From positions 1 through 64,000 of the IMG/VR virus record IMGVR_UViG_2767802758_000001: DNA of 64,000 nt. One strand, 5' to 3'. Under the pieces are notes generated by a model that made no database searches, was not told where the DNA came from, and worked only from the letters and a program-made list of their open reading frames with translations. This stretch comes from a virus (Duplodnaviria > Caudoviricetes). Shown here one piece after another: positions 54,556 through 64,000 of this stretch (its first letter is position 1; each line of letters begins with the position of its first letter). A program made the position numbers and the translations under genes.

Positions 54556-55479
54556 ATGAGTTCTGGCGCTAAAGTTACTAGCTACCTGGTTAAAGAAACC
54601 GTTCCCGGTGTGACTCCCGGTTCGGGCTGGCAGACGCTGCGCGTCACCGGCAACACACTGACTCCTACCCTGAACAAAGAGGAGTCCGAAGAAATCACCG
54701 ATTCGCGCATTGGTCAGGGTTCGATCGTGACCAGTATTGATATTGGTGGTGACATCACGGGCGAACTGTCCTACGGCACTTTTGACGAGCTGCTGGCGGC
54801 CGCCTTCTACGGCGAGTGGAAAGAAAACAAGCTGAGCGTGGGCGAGACCCGCAGCACCTTCAGCGTGGCCAAAGCCTATCGTGACGTGGATGTCTACGCT
54901 CTGTTCAAGGGTGCACATGTCAGCACCTTTGCTCTGGAAGTGCTCGAGGAAGGCAAAGCCACCGTGACCTTCACGATGTCTTGCCTGGATTACGAAGACA
55001 AGGAAACTCCCTTTGCCACCGATCCGGCTGAACCCAGCCAAACCCCTTTCATGTCCTCGATCAGCGTGGGCGATGTGAAGGCCAATGGTGTGTCTCTGGC
55101 TGGCCAGGCTTGCGTGTCGGGCCTGACCCTGAACATTGACAACCAACTGCAGACCCAACGCTGCTTTGGTGCCGAGCGTTTGGGCCCCGGCGCCCTGATC
55201 GAGACCGCAGCCGCCATCACCGGCACGGTGACTCTGGCTTGGTCTCAGAAGGCGTGGGAGCTGTGGAAGAATCAGTTCAAACGCACCCCGATCGCCATTT
55301 CCTTCCCGATCACCGACACCCTGGGCAACAAATACGAGATCGATCTGCCCGCCATTGAAGTTGATGGTGATCTGCCTAACGGTGCCAAGGGCGACATTCT
55401 GAAAGTGGAGCTGAACTTCACCGTGGCCAAGCAAACCCCCGTGCTGACTCGTAGCCCAGTTGCTGCGCCTGCACCTTAA
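54556..55479 (+). CDS. Tail tube protein
   Basis: 307 aa, AGGAG RBS, high-expression codons; followed by chaperones and tape measure. Confidence 0.88.
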   Translation: MSSGAKVTSYLVKETVPGVTPGSGWQTLRVTGNTLTPTLNKEESEEITDSRIGQGSIVTSIDIGGDITGELSYGTFDELLAAAFYGEWKENKLSVGETRSTFSVAKAYRDVDVYALFKGAHVSTFALEVLEEGKATVTFTMSCLDYEDKETPFATDPAEPSQTPFMSSISVGDVKANGVSLAGQACVSGLTLNIDNQLQTQRCFGAERLGPGALIETAAAITGTVTLAWSQKAWELWKNQFKRTPIAISFPITDTLGNKYEIDLPAIEVDGDLPNGAKGDILKVELNFTVAKQTPVLTRSPVAAPAP

Positions 55480-55490
55480 GGAGCGATGGC

Positions 55491-55964
55491 ATGGCTTTGA
55501 AGATTAATCGCCTGGAATCGGTTCTGAGTCAGGAGCGGTGGGAGGATTACACCGATGACGTGTCCTTCAAACTGACCCGACTGGATACCGAGGCCTATCA
55601 AATTGCTCTGGAGCGAGTGCGACGTTTGATTGCCCGTGAAGATGCGGGCCAATCCCTGAGTTCCATTCAGGTGTCCGAGAGTGATGTCCGTGAGCATGAC
55701 ATTCAATGTCAATTGCTGGGTCGTTACATTATTCGGGATTGGAAAGGTCAGATTCAGGACGAGACCGGTCGTCAGGTTCCTTATTCGCCAGAGAATGCGG
55801 CGGCTTTGCTGTCTGGCGATAGCGATCTTTTTACCTGGGTTCTGTTGCACGCGGCTCAGTTGGCTAAAGAGGCTCAAGAGGAGGTCAAGGAAACAGTGGA
55901 AAAGTCCTCGCCCGGTTCCAGTGGGAAAAAGAGTGGGCCGGGCCAAGCCAAAAGCGCAAGCTGA
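55491..55964 (+). CDS. Tail assembly chaperone (G-like)
   Basis: Position; DWKG...PYSPENAA.LL. Confidence 0.82.
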   Translation: MALKINRLESVLSQERWEDYTDDVSFKLTRLDTEAYQIALERVRRLIAREDAGQSLSSIQVSESDVREHDIQCQLLGRYIIRDWKGQIQDETGRQVPYSPENAAALLSGDSDLFTWVLLHAAQLAKEAQEEVKETVEKSSPGSSGKKSGPGQAKSAS

Positions 55965-56215
55965 TCTATGCGGAGCTGGGGACAGCCGTGCCGCCAGAGG
56001 CTCCCTCTGATCCGATTACTGACCACATCATCATGACTTATCACGCGGCCAGCCGTTGTCGATCTGTCGTGATGGGGATGAGTGGTGTCTTTCCCTTGCC
56101 ATTGAGTACGGCCGATATTTCGGCCGTGGTCGGTGCTTACGGGACACCCTTGTCTCGTGCCGAGCTGGATGCTGCGGTATTGGCGATTGATGGCATGGAG
56201 CGTCAGAAGTCCTAA
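55898..56215 (+). CDS. Frameshifted chaperone extension (T-like), -1 slip at GTG GAA AAG (55896-55904)
   Basis: The -1 frame is open from the slippery site and reads GKVLARFQWEKEWAG..KRKLIYAELG..PPE into ORF 55988..56215. Confidence 0.65.
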   Translation, partial: GKVLARFQWEKEWAGPSQKRKLIYAELGTAVPPEAPSDPITDHIIMTYHAASRCRSVVMGMSGVFPLPLSTADISAVVGAYGTPLSRAELDAAVLAIDGMERQKS

Positions 56216-56406
56216 GTTTGGCTTGTTATCTGGGCAGTCGAGCGGCTTGTGTAAGGCTGCTCGACTGCCCGATGTTCTGTTCAGGCGATGAGGAGAACAA
56301 GAACGAGTGATTGCTTCACATAGTTAGTGTTGATGGCCCCGCCTGGGTTGGCGGGGCCTTTTTGTAGGCGAGAGATGCAGCGCAGACAAGCCTATTTTCT
56401 ATAGTC

Positions 56407-58236
56407 ATGGAACCCAAAAATATGAAACAGCAGATCGCGGATCTGGAAAAGGCAATGAAGGCGCTTGATAAAGCGGGCCTGCGTCTTTCAGTGACGACTG
56501 TCAAAGCTGGCAACGCACTTGCTGATGCAGGGAACCAGTTTGCCCTGGCTGGGAAAAAGGCCAAAGCCAGTGCGCAAGCTATTGATCAGTTTATTCAGGC
56601 TTTGGATAAGGCCCTGCCCAAACGCCCTGTGGCGTCTCAGCCACCCATTGTGGTGGTGAATACAGTTGCCCCCCCTGTAGCAGCTCTTAGCCGACCTGTG
56701 AATGCACCCTCTACGGCTCCTGCTCCTGCTCCAGCCAGCACAGCGCCCAAGAAGGCTTCTTCTGGCAGCTCCAGCAAGAGTGATGAGGACAAAGGATGGA
56801 ATGCAGGTCGTAAGGCGGCGATTGCCAAATACATCGAGGCAGCCTCTGATATGGCGACTCCGATGGAAAGCATTATGACCAATGCCTTTAGCAATCTGGA
56901 AAAAGGCCTGTTTGACTTCGTCAAGACAGGCAAATTCAACTGGAATGCCTTACTGGTTGGTGTAGCGGATGAGGCGCTGCGCATGTTGATCAAGGCCGGT
57001 ATTGGAGCCGTGCTGGAGACGATCAGCGGGCCGAAGAAAAAAGAAGATGATGCTGCCGCCAAAGCCACCAAAGCAGTTAGGGATAAAGCGGAGCAGATAC
57101 CTGCTGCAGCAGCGCAGGACTGTGTGCCTTGTTGCTGCACCGGTGGCAATCCTCTTGCTCCGATGCCGGATCCAGGTACGAATTTGTATGGCTTGCGTTT
57201 ACCTGGCCTGACCCGGTTTGCGAATCCGAATGAAGACATAAATGCCCCCATGTTCGGCACCCGCTTGCCGGGCTATGGCAGCTATCCAGCCATGCCAGGA
57301 ACCCCGACTCCCGGGTTTGGTACGTATTCCAATATGTTTGGTTCGCGCCTGCCCGGGTTTGGGGCAGAACCTTTCTCTTTGGATGGGCATGTGCCTGGTT
57401 TTGGGGGGATGGGTGGCCCCGGTCCGACCTACGGCGGAAGTGGCTCATTCTTTGGACCACAGCCGGGGGCTTTACTTGGAGGTGGTGGGTCTTCGGATGC
57501 TGCGGGTACCTCTTTCTTTACCGATGAGCTGCGCAAGTTTTCGGAGACGGCAATTGATGTGTCCGCGCTGACGCAGCAAGTGTTTGAGACCGCTTTTGAG
57601 AATATTGAACAAACCCTGTTCAATTTTGTGAAAACAGGTGAGCTGGATCTACGTGGCCTGTTTGTCGGGATTAGCGATGAGGTCTTGAAGATGTTGATCA
57701 AGATCGGTGTACGAATGGCGGTCAATGCGATGTTGGGTGAAACCATAGGTGCAACAACTACCGCGACCAGCACCGCTCAAGCCGCCACTATTGCGGGGGC
57801 TTGGAGTGCGCCAGCCAGTTTGGTTTCTTTGGCTACTCAAGGTGCTAATGCTGTCCCGGCATCTTTAGGAATAGCAAATACGTTTGCTTTGACGAATCTT
57901 ATGGGTGTTGCTCATAAAGGTATCGATCGTGTGCCGTATGAGGGAACCTGGTTGCTGGATAAAGGTGAGCGTGTGTTGAGCGCCCGTCAGAACTCGGATC
58001 TGACGGATTACCTGCAGGACGCCGGTAGTGACTCAGGACAGGCTGGGGCCCAAGGATTCCAGATTAATGTGGCAGTCAATATGTCGCAAGGCGATGGCCA
58101 GACGCAGGTGGATGGCGACGATATGCAGGGCCGGCAGTTGGGGACGCTGATTGCTGCTCAAGTGCAGCAGACTTTGTCGCGTGAAATGCGACAAGGCGGC
58201 TTGTTATGGAATCAACGCAATGGATATTCACGATGA
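56407..58236 (+). CDS. Short, atypical tape measure protein (609 aa)
   Basis: Lambda-type TMP C-terminal motifs (LFDFVKTGK; AHKGID.VP.EGTWLLDKGERV; RQGGLL). Confidence 0.82.
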   Translation: MEPKNMKQQIADLEKAMKALDKAGLRLSVTTVKAGNALADAGNQFALAGKKAKASAQAIDQFIQALDKALPKRPVASQPPIVVVNTVAPPVAALSRPVNAPSTAPAPAPASTAPKKASSGSSSKSDEDKGWNAGRKAAIAKYIEAASDMATPMESIMTNAFSNLEKGLFDFVKTGKFNWNALLVGVADEALRMLIKAGIGAVLETISGPKKKEDDAAAKATKAVRDKAEQIPAAAAQDCVPCCCTGGNPLAPMPDPGTNLYGLRLPGLTRFANPNEDINAPMFGTRLPGYGSYPAMPGTPTPGFGTYSNMFGSRLPGFGAEPFSLDGHVPGFGGMGGPGPTYGGSGSFFGPQPGALLGGGGSSDAAGTSFFTDELRKFSETAIDVSALTQQVFETAFENIEQTLFNFVKTGELDLRGLFVGISDEVLKMLIKIGVRMAVNAMLGETIGATTTATSTAQAATIAGAWSAPASLVSLATQGANAVPASLGIANTFALTNLMGVAHKGIDRVPYEGTWLLDKGERVLSARQNSDLTDYLQDAGSDSGQAGAQGFQINVAVNMSQGDGQTQVDGDDMQGRQLGTLIAAQVQQTLSREMRQGGLLWNQRNGYSR

Positions 58237-58574
58237 TGGAAACATTTACTTGGCTGCCTGAGCAAAAGGCAATTTCTGAGGAGGTTCAGTACCGTGTGCT
58301 CTCCGCTCGTTTTGGCGACGGCTATGAGCAAAGCGCAGGTGCTGGTCTGAACCCGCGACGGTCTGGCTGGTCTTTGATGTTTGTTGGTACCGAGGAGAAG
58401 ATGAAGCCTATTCAGGAGTTCCTGGACCGCCATGGTGAGGGGCGCGCTTTTCTTTGGACTCCACCAGGTTGGAGTGAGGCTATGGTGGCGCAGTGTCGCG
58501 GTTATACCAAAAATCATAGAGGTGGCCCTGTTTGGCAACTGTCACTCAGTTTTGAACAAGGATTTCGACCATGA
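58233..58574 (+). CDS. Minor tail protein M
   Basis: FGDGYEQ..GLN...FLDRH..G.AFLWTPP. Confidence 0.92.
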   Translation: MMETFTWLPEQKAISEEVQYRVLSARFGDGYEQSAGAGLNPRRSGWSLMFVGTEEKMKPIQEFLDRHGEGRAFLWTPPGWSEAMVAQCRGYTKNHRGGPVWQLSLSFEQGFRP

Positions 58575-59314
58575 GCATAACGGCAGATATTCAAAAACTG
58601 GAACCAGGTGCCATTGTTGAAGTGTTTGAGCTGGATGCGGAGGAAATCGGTGCTGGTACCTTACGTTTTCATGGCTATCCGCAAGAAACTCCGGTTTGGT
58701 GGCAGGGAGAGCGCTACGAGCCCTGGGCCATTCAAGCCAGCGGTTTTCAACGTACGGGAGAGGGGCGTCAGCCAACGCCCAGTATTCAGGTAGGCAATAT
58801 TGGTGTGGATGAGAATGGTAAGAAAATCCCGGGTGTGATTTCTGCTATGTGTCGCTTGTATGGTGACTTGGTCGGTACACGATTTATCCGCCACCGTACC
58901 CTGGTCAAGTATCTGGATGCGGCCAACTTCCCTGAAGGTAACCCGACCGCAGACCCGACCCAGGCGTTCCCGCTGGAGGTCTGGTTGATTGAGCAGCGTG
59001 TTGCCAGCAATGCTCAGTTTGTGGAGTTTGAGCTATCCAGTCCTTTGGACTTTCAGGGGCAGCAATTGCCAGGGCGCCAAATCATGACGTATTGCTCCTG
59101 GACGCGTGTGGGCGGGTACCGTGGCCCGTATTGTGGCTATACCGGTTCGGCCATGTTCGACAAGAATGATCAACCCGTACAGGATCCGGCCCTGGATCGT
59201 TGCCCCGGTTTTGTACGCAGTTGCCAGTTGCGCTGGGCCAGTGTCCAGAATTGTCGGCCAGAGCAAGCCGAGATCTCTTTTGGTGGTGAACCCGCTGCTG
59301 ACCGAGTGCGATAA
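58571..59314 (+). CDS. Minor tail protein L
   Basis: FELD...LRFH...Y.PW.IQA.GF; C-terminal Cys cluster (C..CGY..C..C). Confidence 0.93.
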   Translation: MSITADIQKLEPGAIVEVFELDAEEIGAGTLRFHGYPQETPVWWQGERYEPWAIQASGFQRTGEGRQPTPSIQVGNIGVDENGKKIPGVISAMCRLYGDLVGTRFIRHRTLVKYLDAANFPEGNPTADPTQAFPLEVWLIEQRVASNAQFVEFELSSPLDFQGQQLPGRQIMTYCSWTRVGGYRGPYCGYTGSAMFDKNDQPVQDPALDRCPGFVRSCQLRWASVQNCRPEQAEISFGGEPAADRVR

Positions 59315-59489
59315 GGATGAGCTTGGCCCGTCGTACTTGTCCTCTGTTAAGCAATAGTTGGCTGCTGGAGGGTGGGTACTGCGGGCTGACCTTCAACTGA
59401 TAGACGAGCCAGGTTGTGGTGTTCGGGGTTTTTTGATTTTAGTAAAGCGTTGGACGACCGCCATGGGCGGTTTTTTTTATGGGTGTCGT

Positions 59490-60272
59490 ATGAATAAAAA
59501 AACCATAGAAGCGATTAATGCGCACGCCTTGGCCGAGTATCCACGCGAAGCAGTGGGCTTTGTGGTGGCCAAGGGGCGCAAGGAAATGTATGTGCCAGGA
59601 GTGAATGTGGCCGCTGAGCCTGAAGACTACTTCGCCACCCGTCCGCAAGACTGGGTACAGGCCCAGGAGCAGGGTGAGTTGATTGCCTTTGTGCATTCGC
59701 ATCCGAACATGCCCGCGGTGCCCAGTCAGGCTGATCGGGTGGCATGCGAGGCAATGGCCGAGCACGTCAAACCTCTGGAGTGGCTGATTGTGTCGGTGAT
59801 GCCTGGCGATGATGGTCCCCAGATTGAGGGCATGGAGTCTTTTTGTCCCGAGGGTTATCAGGCTCCCTTGATCGGCCGTCAGTTCTATCACGGTGTGCTC
59901 GATTGCTACACCTTGGTACAGGATTTTTATCACCGGGAAAGGGCAATCGCTCTGCCAGACTTTGAGCGTGAGGATGGCTGGTGGGAGGGTGGGGACGAGT
60001 TGTATTTGGATAACTTTGCAAAAGCGGGTTTTGTTGAGATCGAAGACGGCCCTAAAACTGGCGATGTGATCTTGATGCAGCTGCGTAGTGAGCGGGTCAA
60101 CCATGCAGGGATTTATCTCGGGGCTGAGCCCTTGGCAGAAGCTTCTTATCTGCATCCGGTACCCGATGCCATGTTGCACCATGCCTACGGCTACTTGTCA
60201 GAGCGCGTGCCTTACGGCGGTTATTGGGCGCAGATTACCCGCAAGATTATTCGACATAAGGAGTTGTTGTGA
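59490..60272 (+). CDS. Tail assembly protein K (JAB/MPN + NlpC/P60)
   Basis: YPREAVG, VHSHP...PS.AD, G..DCY, HAGIY, MLHH. Confidence 0.93.
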   Translation: MNKKTIEAINAHALAEYPREAVGFVVAKGRKEMYVPGVNVAAEPEDYFATRPQDWVQAQEQGELIAFVHSHPNMPAVPSQADRVACEAMAEHVKPLEWLIVSVMPGDDGPQIEGMESFCPEGYQAPLIGRQFYHGVLDCYTLVQDFYHRERAIALPDFEREDGWWEGGDELYLDNFAKAGFVEIEDGPKTGDVILMQLRSERVNHAGIYLGAEPLAEASYLHPVPDAMLHHAYGYLSERVPYGGYWAQITRKIIRHKELL

Positions 60273-60874
60273 TGATGGCAGCATCAATGGATCAAGAACT
60301 GCGAACCATACGGCTGTATGGCAAGCTTGGCAGCCGTTTTGGACGGGTGCATCGTTTGGCCGTCAATTCCCTGGCCGAGGCCGTAAGGGCCTTGTGTGTG
60401 CTGTTGCCAGGATTTGAGCAGGAGTTGATGACTTCTTGTGAGCGGGGGGTCTCGTACGCCTGCTTTCTTTCCAAGATGAACATCAATGAAGAAGCGCTTC
60501 ATGCCCCGGTGGGCCAGGATGAAATACGGATTGCCCCTGTCATGCAAGGCGCCAAGCGAGGGGGGCTATTTCAAACTATTTTGGGTGTAGGACTTTTTGT
60601 AGCAGGGTTTCTGATGCCAGCAAGCTGGGCAGTTTTGGGCAAGGGCTTGATGATTGCTGGCGCGGGGCTGGCCCTGGGAGGAGTGTTCCAAATGATTTCT
60701 CCTATGCAGCAAGGTCTGGGTATAGAAGACCGCCCAGAGAATAAGCCTTCCTACAACTTTAATGGACCAGTCAATACAACGGCTCAAGGTAATCCTATTC
60801 CGCTCGGTTATGGACGAAAGTTTGTTGGTAGCGCTGTCGTGTCTGCCGGGATTTACTCAGAGGATCAGATGTGA
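60269..60874 (+). CDS. Tail assembly protein I
   Basis: IRLYGKLG.RFGR.HRLAV...SYNFNGPVNTTAQG.PIP..YG. Confidence 0.93.
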   Translation: MMMAASMDQELRTIRLYGKLGSRFGRVHRLAVNSLAEAVRALCVLLPGFEQELMTSCERGVSYACFLSKMNINEEALHAPVGQDEIRIAPVMQGAKRGGLFQTILGVGLFVAGFLMPASWAVLGKGLMIAGAGLALGGVFQMISPMQQGLGIEDRPENKPSYNFNGPVNTTAQGNPIPLGYGRKFVGSAVVSAGIYSEDQM

Positions 60875-63800
60875 TGCGACTTCCTGATTACAACATTGCG
60901 GCGCCTGAGGGCGCCGTTCCTGTTTCGGGTGGCTACAGCGTTAAAGGCCACAAGGGTGGTAAAGGAGGGGGAGGCTCCACACGAACACCGGTTGAAGATG
61001 CCGATAACCTGCATAGCATTGCTTATGCCTCTATTGTTGACCTGATCAGTGCGGGCCCAATTCATGGTTTTGCGCATGAAAATAGCCCGCTACGTTCTGT
61101 ATACCTGGATAACACGCCGATTCAAAATGAGGATGGCAGCTTGAATTTCCAGGATGTTCAAATGGAGTTTCGAGCTGGGACGCAAGACCAAAGCTATATA
61201 CCTGGTTTTCCAGCCGCTGAGTCTGCTACGGCTGTGAATGTGGAGTTGCGTTCTGATCAGCCGTTTACACGCGCCATCCAGAATATTCATATTTCTGGTT
61301 TACGAGTGGGATTGTCGGTGCGTGGTCTCAAACAGCAATCCAAGAAAACAGGCGATATCACAGGGTATCGAGTTGAATATGTGATTGAGCTGTCTACAGA
61401 CAATTCGGCTTTTGTTGAAGTGTTGCGGGCATCCTTTGATGGCAAGACTACTCAACAGTACTCGCGCAGCCATCGTATTGATTTACCCCGTGCAACGACA
61501 GGCTGGTCAGTCCGTGTGCGTCGGCTGACCTCTAATGCCAGTAACTCGACCATTAGCGATACGACTTATATAGACTCGATTACCGAGGTGACTGATGCCA
61601 AGCTTCGTCGCCCCATGTCAGCATGCATAGGTCTACGAGTTAATGCCAAGCAGTTTCAAAGTATTCCGTCTCGTGCATTTGATCTGTATCTGCGTGTTGT
61701 CCGTGTTCCTAGCAACTACGATGCCTGGACTCATACCTATAGTGGTAGCTGGGATGGTACGTTCAAAATGTCCTGGACGGACAATCCTGCCTGGGTTTTT
61801 TATGACCTGGCGACTAATGCATGCGACGGTTTAGGGCGCTTGTTGCCAGCCTCCTGGTTGGATAAATGGGCCTTGTATCAGATTGCTCAGTATTGTGATG
61901 AGCAAGTTCCCGATGGTAAAGGAGGTACTGAACCACGCTTCTCTTGCAACGTGTATTTGCAGGATAAGGCTGAGGCTTGGAGAGTGTTGCAGGATCTGGC
62001 CTCTGTTTTTCGAGGCATTGCCTATTATGCTCAGGGAACTGTGTTGGCCGTGGCTGACATGCCGCGCGATTCCGTATACACCTACTCCAATGCCAATGTT
62101 GTGGATGGCATCTTTAATTATGCAGGGTCCAGTCTCGCAACCCGTTATACCGTTGCCCTTGTGTCCTGGAATGATGAAACGGACATGGGCAGAGCCAAGG
62201 TTGAAGTGCTTGAAGACCCTGACGGCATTGCACGTTACGGTGTTCGACAACTGGAGCTGACTGCTTTTGGGTGTACCTCCCAGGGGCAGGCACAGCGCAT
62301 GGGGCGAAGTGCCTTGTTTACCTCCCGGATGGAAACTGAAACGGTTACTTTCGGCGTTGGTTTGTCAGGGACACTCGCACAGCCTGGGCAAATTATTGAG
62401 ATTGCGGATGCTCATTTGGCTGGGCGTCGTATTGGTGGTTTGGTACGGTCTGCCACAAAATCGGAAGTCGTGCTGGATGCCACAGTGAAGGTTGCTGCTG
62501 GAGATCGTCTGACTGTTGTGTTGCCAGATGGTGTGTCGCAGTCACGTCCCATTGTGATTTCCTCGCAAGAGGCTACTGAAACCCAAACTGTCCAAGTTGA
62601 CCCGCCCTTTAGTCTGGAGCCAGAACCAGAAGCGGCATGGGCTATTAGTGCAGCCGATCTGTCGACCCAGAAGTATCGGGTTATCAGTGTTGCCGAAGAC
62701 GGTGATCTTAAGTACACCATCCATGCTGTCCAGTATGTGGATGGAAAACATGCCGCGATCGACTATGAAACTCGTGTGGAAACTGCACCGGTTAGCGTTG
62801 TTCCGCCGCCTGTTCAGAGCATTCCGGGCAATGTTTCAATCACTTCGTATCATGTTATTGATCAGGGTCAGGCCCGACATAATGCGGTGATTTCCTGGGA
62901 CGCTGTTCCTAATGCTGTTGCCTATGAAGTGCAGTGGCGTCGGGATAATTCCGAGTGGGTTGTTGTACCGCGTACAGGTTCCACCAGTGTTGAAATCCCT
63001 GGTATCTATGCAGGTGCGTATCGTGCGCGTGTACGTGCAATTAACGTCCTGGATGTGTCCAGCCTGTGGGGCAATTCAGATCTGATAGAGCTGTCTGGCA
63101 AGCTGTTGGCGCCTTTGCCTGTAACAGATCTGAGGACTGGCTCCATTCCTTGGGGTATACAAGTTAAATGGAGTTTTCCGGCCGATCCGAACATCATTGA
63201 GCGCACCGAGATCAGGTATAGCTCGACACAAAGCTTTGTAGATTCGCTGAGCGCCGGTGGTTTTGCGTATCCGACAGACTCATTCGAGCAAACAGGTTTG
63301 GCGGTGACGGCGCAGCATTTCTTTTGGGCACGCCTGATCGACAAAAACGGTACTCAAGGACCGTGGTTCCCGGCAGAGTCAGAGCCTGGTATCCGGGGTG
63401 TGCCTTCTGTATTAGCCAGTGACTATAACGAGTTGATCACCCCGTCCATAGTTGAGGGCGGCCTGGGCGAGCTGCTGATGGGCGACATCCGCGATATCCC
63501 CAAAATCCGCGATTCCGTGGGAGATCTGACTCTTGAGCTCGGTGAACTGAATCAACGGGTTGATGAGGTCAATGGCCAAGTACAAGAGCTGCTTCTTGCT
63601 GATAAATGGGATTCGAAAAAAGCCTATGCAGCAGGTTCAGTTGTCTTTGCCAATGACAAGATGTACCGCGCTAAAAAGGCTGTACCGGCAGGCAAGAAGA
63701 TAACGGATGCGGCGTATTGGGTGTTGATCGGAGACTTCGCCTCGATCACTGATGGTCTTGCTGCTCTGGCGGTCCAGTCGCAGGAGACGATCAGCCGGGT

Positions 63801-64000
63801 GGAGAGTGCAGAAGGCCGGATCCAGGTTAATGCTCAGCAGATCAATACGGTTGCAGGCCAGGTGGACGATCCGGCAACGGGCCTTGGTGCATTGGGTTCC
63901 TCCGTGCAATCCATGCGTACCCAGGTCCAGCAGTTGGAGGGCGGCCTGCGCTCCTTGTCTGACTCCACCACGGCGCTATCTAGCAAGGTCGATGGTCTGG
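60874..64000 (+). CDS. Host-specificity protein J (partial, runs off the window; absent from the ORF track)
   Basis: Hand translation MRLPDYN...KGGKGGGG.TRTPVE..DNLHS; later W..NPAW.FYD, DKWALY.IAQYCD, fibronectin-like repeats. Confidence 0.9.
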   Translation, partial: MRLPDYNIAAPEGAVPVSGGYSVKGHKGGKGGGGSTRTPVEDADNLHSIAYASIVDLISAGPIHGFAHENSPLRSVYLDNTPIQNEDGSLNFQDVQMEFRAGTQDQSYIPGFPAAESATAVNVELRSDQPFTRAIQNIHISGLRVGLSVRGLKQQSKKTGDITGYRVEYVIELSTDNSAFVEVLRASFDGKTTQQYSRSHRIDLPRATTGWSVRVRRLTSNASNSTISDTTYIDSITEVTDAKLRRPMSACIGLRVNAKQFQSIPSRAFDLYLRVVRVPSNYDAWTHTYSGSWDGTFKMSWTDNPAWVFYDLATNACDGLGRLLPASWLDKWALYQIAQYCDEQVPDGKGGTEPRFSCNVYLQDKAEAWRVLQDLASVFRGIAYYAQGTVLAVADMPRDSVYTYSNANVVDGIFNYAGSSLATRYTVALVSWNDETDMGRAKVEVLEDPDGIARYGVRQLELTAFGCTSQGQAQRMGRSALFTSRMETETVTFGVGLSGTLAQPGQIIEIADAHLAGRRIGGLVRSATKSEVVLDATVKVAAGDRLTVVLPDGVSQSRPIVISSQEATETQTVQVDPPFSLEPEPEAAWAISAADLSTQKYRVISVAEDGDLKYTIHAVQYVDGKHAAIDYETRVETAPVSVVPPPVQSIPGNVSITSYHVIDQGQARHNAVISWDAVPNAVAYEVQWRRDNSEWVVVPRTGSTSVEIPGIYAGAYRARVRAINVLDVSSLWGNSDLIELSGKLLAPLPVTDLRTGSIPWGIQVKWSFPADPNIIERTEIRYSSTQSFVDSLSAGGFAYPTDSFEQTGLAVTAQHFFWARLIDKNGTQGPWFPAESEPGIRGVPSVLASDYNELITPSIVEGGLGELLMGDIRDIPKIRDSVGDLTLELGELNQRVDEVNGQVQELLLADKWDSKKAYAAGSVVFANDKMYRAKKAVPAGKKITDAAYWVLIGDFASITDGLAALAVQSQETISRVESAEGRIQVNAQQINTVAGQVDDPATGLGALGSSVQSMRTQVQQLEGGLRSLSDSTTALSSKVDGL

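Larger units (their letters stand above)
50043..64000. mobile_element. Head-less phage-derived element with a lambda-like tail cluster (candidate F-type tailocin or defective prophage); continues beyond the window
   Basis: cI-cro-rep-P-Q followed directly by tail genes; no terminase, portal or capsid genes and no adjacent integrase. Confidence 0.8.

Noticed and set aside
54484-55434. 316-aa minus-strand ORF
   Set aside because: Shadow of the tail tube gene

Overview
The window holds two phage-derived elements, one on each side of a tRNA-Ile2(CAT) gene, in what is probably an Alcaligenaceae-like betaproteobacterium (host is my inference). (1) Positions 1-~48,870 are a lambdoid siphovirus prophage that looks complete except for its left end, which lies outside the window. 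It has an early-left operon (acb2-like, ERF, YqaJ exonuclease, SSB, RdgC, DNA methylase, ASCH), a cI/cro switch with 14-bp operators, nin/replication genes, head, tail, SGNH tail spike, holin/SAR endolysin/spanins, and a tyrosine integrase next to the tRNA 3' end. Its accessory cargo is the most interesting part: (a) a GHKL-kinase/STAS/membrane-protein operon in the lambda rexAB position; (b) a nucleotidyltransferase + alpha/beta-hydrolase fusion bounded by integron-cassette signals; (c) an Acb2-like anti-CBASS sponge as the first PL gene; (d) two LexA-box-controlled loci alongside a repressor that lacks an autocleavage domain. (2) From ~50,040 to the end is a head-less element with no adjacent integrase. 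It has an S24 repressor, cro, replication genes and a Q-like gene, followed directly by a lambda-like non-contractile tail cluster, which makes it a candidate F-type tailocin. All family calls come from motif recognition and gene order; no database searches were run.
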